A DNA stretch of 64,000 nucleotides from Shigella phage Sf24. The stretch is from sequence record MF327008; one strand, 5' to 3'. The position numbers were made by a program, and so were the translations under genes. Under the pieces are notes generated by a model. It was given only the letters and a program-made list of their open reading frames with translations. It made no database searches and was not told the origin of the DNA. Of this stretch, positions 61,787-64,000 are shown piece after piece; position 1 is the first letter of the stretch; the number at the start of each line of letters is the position of its first letter.

Positions 61787-62473
61787 TTAAAAATCGTGGG
61801 TAGAATCAGCTTCAAGAGCTACTACATAATTCGCATGTTCACCTTCAAATTTAGCAGCGCCTTGTTTACCTTTTGCCCAAAGCAGAAGTTTATAATTTCC
61901 TGGTTGCATTTTCATATTTGCCATATTGATAATGAAATTAAATGTATTTTCACCATCATAATCACCAAGAGTCAAAGAATATTTAACACGGGTAAGAGCA
62001 GAATCTTCTACTTTATTAAAACCGTTAATTACGATTTTACCTTCTTTTACCGTGATAGCAATTGTATCAATTTGCAGACCACGAGATACACGCAACAGCT
62101 GTTGAAGGTCTTCAGCTTTAATTTCAGTAACAACAGATGCTACCGGGAATGGAATTGGTTTATTAGGAGCAACTACTGTACTCGGATCGGCTGCTGGCCA
62201 AAAAATTGTTGAACGAGCATCAGCAATTTTAATATTTCCATCTTCTGACTGGGAAATTTCTGCATCATCATTAACTAGAGACAGAATACCGAGAAAACCG
62301 TTCAAATCGTAAATTGCTACATCAAAATCAATAACGTCAGAAATATTTGCTTCCGCATAAGTTGTACCATTAACTGCGCGAGTCATAATAAATTGACCGG
62401 ATTTAAGCATAATACCGGAGTTAATAGTAGCGAAATTTTTAAGCAGAGCAGTAGTATCTTTAGACAGTTTCAT
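61787..62473 (-). CDS. 45: Sliding clamp gp45, 228 aa
   Basis: ORF track; length and synteny as T4 gp45. Confidence 0.9.
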   Translation of the reverse strand: MKLSKDTTALLKNFATINSGIMLKSGQFIMTRAVNGTTYAEANISDVIDFDVAIYDLNGFLGILSLVNDDAEISQSEDGNIKIADARSTIFWPAADPSTVVAPNKPIPFPVASVVTEIKAEDLQQLLRVSRGLQIDTIAITVKEGKIVINGFNKVEDSALTRVKYSLTLGDYDGENTFNFIINMANMKMQPGNYKLLLWAKGKQGAAKFEGEHANYVVALEADSTHDF

Positions 62474-62504
62474 GTAATTTCCTTCAATTCAAATGAGATT
62501 TAAT

Positions 62505-62529
62505 TTTATAACTAATTTAATAAAGCAAT
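62505..62529 (-). promoter_or_regulatory. MotA-dependent middle promoter for gene 45
   Basis: Minus strand ATTGCTTTA (MotA box) - 10 bp - TATAAA upstream of the gene 45 ATG. Confidence 0.5.
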
Positions 62530-62918
62530 TAACGATTAAAATCAGCCGCAATTGTTTCAGCAACAATTTGAGCAGCAACAATTAGGCGTTCATCTGCATT
62601 ACCGCAATATTCATCTTCTAAACGTTCACCGCATGAAGTCATAATAAATTTAGCACCGGCGTTTAGGGATTCTGCAGTATGTTTGCGCATTAGTTCAATC
62701 CATTTATTACTTACTTCACGATCGATAGCTTCATAATACGCATGACGAGCAGGTGCAGATTTAATTTTGTTCTGAATAACTTCCATTGCGTTATCAGAAA
62801 GAGACAAAACCCATGCGCGACGAATTTTATTTTGGTTTTGCGGATTTGAGTCAGAACGCACGTGTTTTGGCTGAATATCTTTTACATCAACAGTATAATT
62901 CACAGTAATTTTAGTCAT
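62529..62918 (-). CDS. rpbA: RNA polymerase binding protein RpbA-like, 129 aa
   Basis: ORF track; assigned by size and position between 45 and 46. Confidence 0.6.
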   Translation of the reverse strand: MTKITVNYTVDVKDIQPKHVRSDSNPQNQNKIRRAWVLSLSDNAMEVIQNKIKSAPARHAYYEAIDREVSNKWIELMRKHTAESLNAGAKFIMTSCGERLEDEYCGNADERLIVAAQIVAETIAADFNR

Positions 62919-62927
62919 AATACACCT

Positions 62928-63116
62928 TTAGTCATAATAATCAGTAACAGTCCAAGCTTCATTTCTATTGGACATTATTTTTGTATATTCTGCTTTAAAT
63001 GCATTCCTAAGCATAGATTCAGTAACTATATGCTCTTCATTAGAAAAATTATTTCTCAGAATATATCGTTTTATTTCAGGAAAAGTTAATAGATGCTGTC
63101 CAGTTGAATATTCCAT
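62928..63116 (-). CDS. Hypothetical protein, 62 aa
   Basis: ORF track; T4 45.2 position. Confidence 0.35.
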   Translation of the reverse strand: MEYSTGQHLLTFPEIKRYILRNNFSNEEHIVTESMLRNAFKAEYTKIMSNRNEAWTVTDYYD

Positions 63117-63171
63117 GTTTTTCCTCCATAGAGATTATACTCTAATAAATTAAAGCATAATCTCTTATAAA

Positions 63172-64000
63172 TTAAACCATTACAGTAAATCGACCAACTT
63201 TCTTCATTTGAAGATGCTGACCATATTCTTGCGGGTCATGGTCTTTATGCGAAATTATAAAAACATTAGTGTTTTTCATTGAATTTATAATATTAGCTAC
63301 ACCTTTAATACCTTCGGCATCAAATGACCCATCAAACACTTCATCGAGTATTAACGTACTAATACTAACACCAGATACAATAGAAGCAATATCACGCCAA
63401 GTAAATAAAAGAGCAATATCAATTCGTGCTTTTTCACCTTCACTAAATGAAGCATAACTAAAATCTTCACGACCACGGGATTTAATTGTCTCATTAAATT
63501 CTTCATCTAATGTAAACACATAATCCGCTTCCATTATTTTAAGATAATGGTTAATCTGCTTATTAAATAATGGAACGTACTTTTTAATAATAGCACCTTT
63601 AATACCAGAATCTTTGAGCATATCAGTCAAAATTCCTCGGTGGTATTTTTCCATTACTAAATTAGTTTTTGTCTTAACAATTTTATCAAGTTCTTCTTGA
63701 AGCAGTGCTATTTCATCAGCATGGTCAATAAACTCAGAAGATGCTTTTTCTATAGCTGCTTTAACTTTTTTAGCTTTATCTACCGTCGTGATTAGAGATT
63801 GCTTTTTATTGCGAATATCATTTGCCAACGACTGCTGAGTTTTAATATTATCTCGGTATTCATCAACAAGAACTTTTAAATTATCACGGTGTGTTGAAAG
63901 CTGTTCAAACGAATGCGTACATTCAGAAACTTTATCTTTAATTTTAGAAACAACTTTATCACCGGAACTTAATTGTGACAAACAGGTTGGACATAATCCA
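63172..64000 (-). CDS. 46: Recombination endonuclease subunit gp46 (SbcC/Rad50-like), C-terminal part; 5' end beyond window
   Basis: ORF track 63172..63981, frame stays open to the window end; ABC signature FSEGEK and Walker B LILDEV. Confidence 0.8.
   Translation of the reverse strand, partial: GLCPTCLSQLSSGDKVVSKIKDKVSECTHSFEQLSTHRDNLKVLVDEYRDNIKTQQSLANDIRNKKQSLITTVDKAKKVKAAIEKASSEFIDHADEIALLQEELDKIVKTKTNLVMEKYHRGILTDMLKDSGIKGAIIKKYVPLFNKQINHYLKIMEADYVFTLDEEFNETIKSRGREDFSYASFSEGEKARIDIALLFTWRDIASIVSGVSISTLILDEVFDGSFDAEGIKGVANIINSMKNTNVFIISHKDHDPQEYGQHLQMKKVGRFTVMV

Overview
This window reads as a contiguous segment of a T4-like (T-even, Tequatrovirus-type) coliphage genome, identified from protein sequences I recognise from phage T4; no database search was run. 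It is almost entirely coding. Minus strand, early/middle genes: nrdA (truncated at the window start), td, frd, 32, a GIY-YIG seg-like gene, 59, 33, dsbA, rnh. Plus strand, late genes: tail fibre genes 34-35-36-37-38 and holin t. Minus strand again: asiA, arn, motA, 52, stp, ndd, denB, rIIB, rIIA, 39, dexA, dda, srd, modA, modB, soc, 56, dam, 61, dmd, 41, 40, uvsX, a glycosyltransferase, 42, imm, 43, regA, 62, 44, 45, rpbA and the 3' part of 46, interspersed with many small unassigned early ORFs. No tRNA, rRNA, CRISPR or transposase genes were seen. A family of near-identical sigma70-type early promoters, TATAAATA late promoters, MotA-box middle promoters and CUUCGG-type intercistronic hairpins punctuate the map. 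Points that differ from my recollection of T4 and deserve a second look: a perfect 265-bp tandem duplication between denB and rIIB; a PD-(D/E)xK nuclease-like ORF translationally coupled to dam, with a divergent small membrane ORF; an extra ORF between frd and td; a T2/T6-type distal fibre module (long gp37 with C-terminal chaperone-like domain, glycine-rich gp38 adhesin); a single-ORF topoisomerase large subunit; a DxD glycosyltransferase at the beta-gt locus; and a paralogous ORF triplet.
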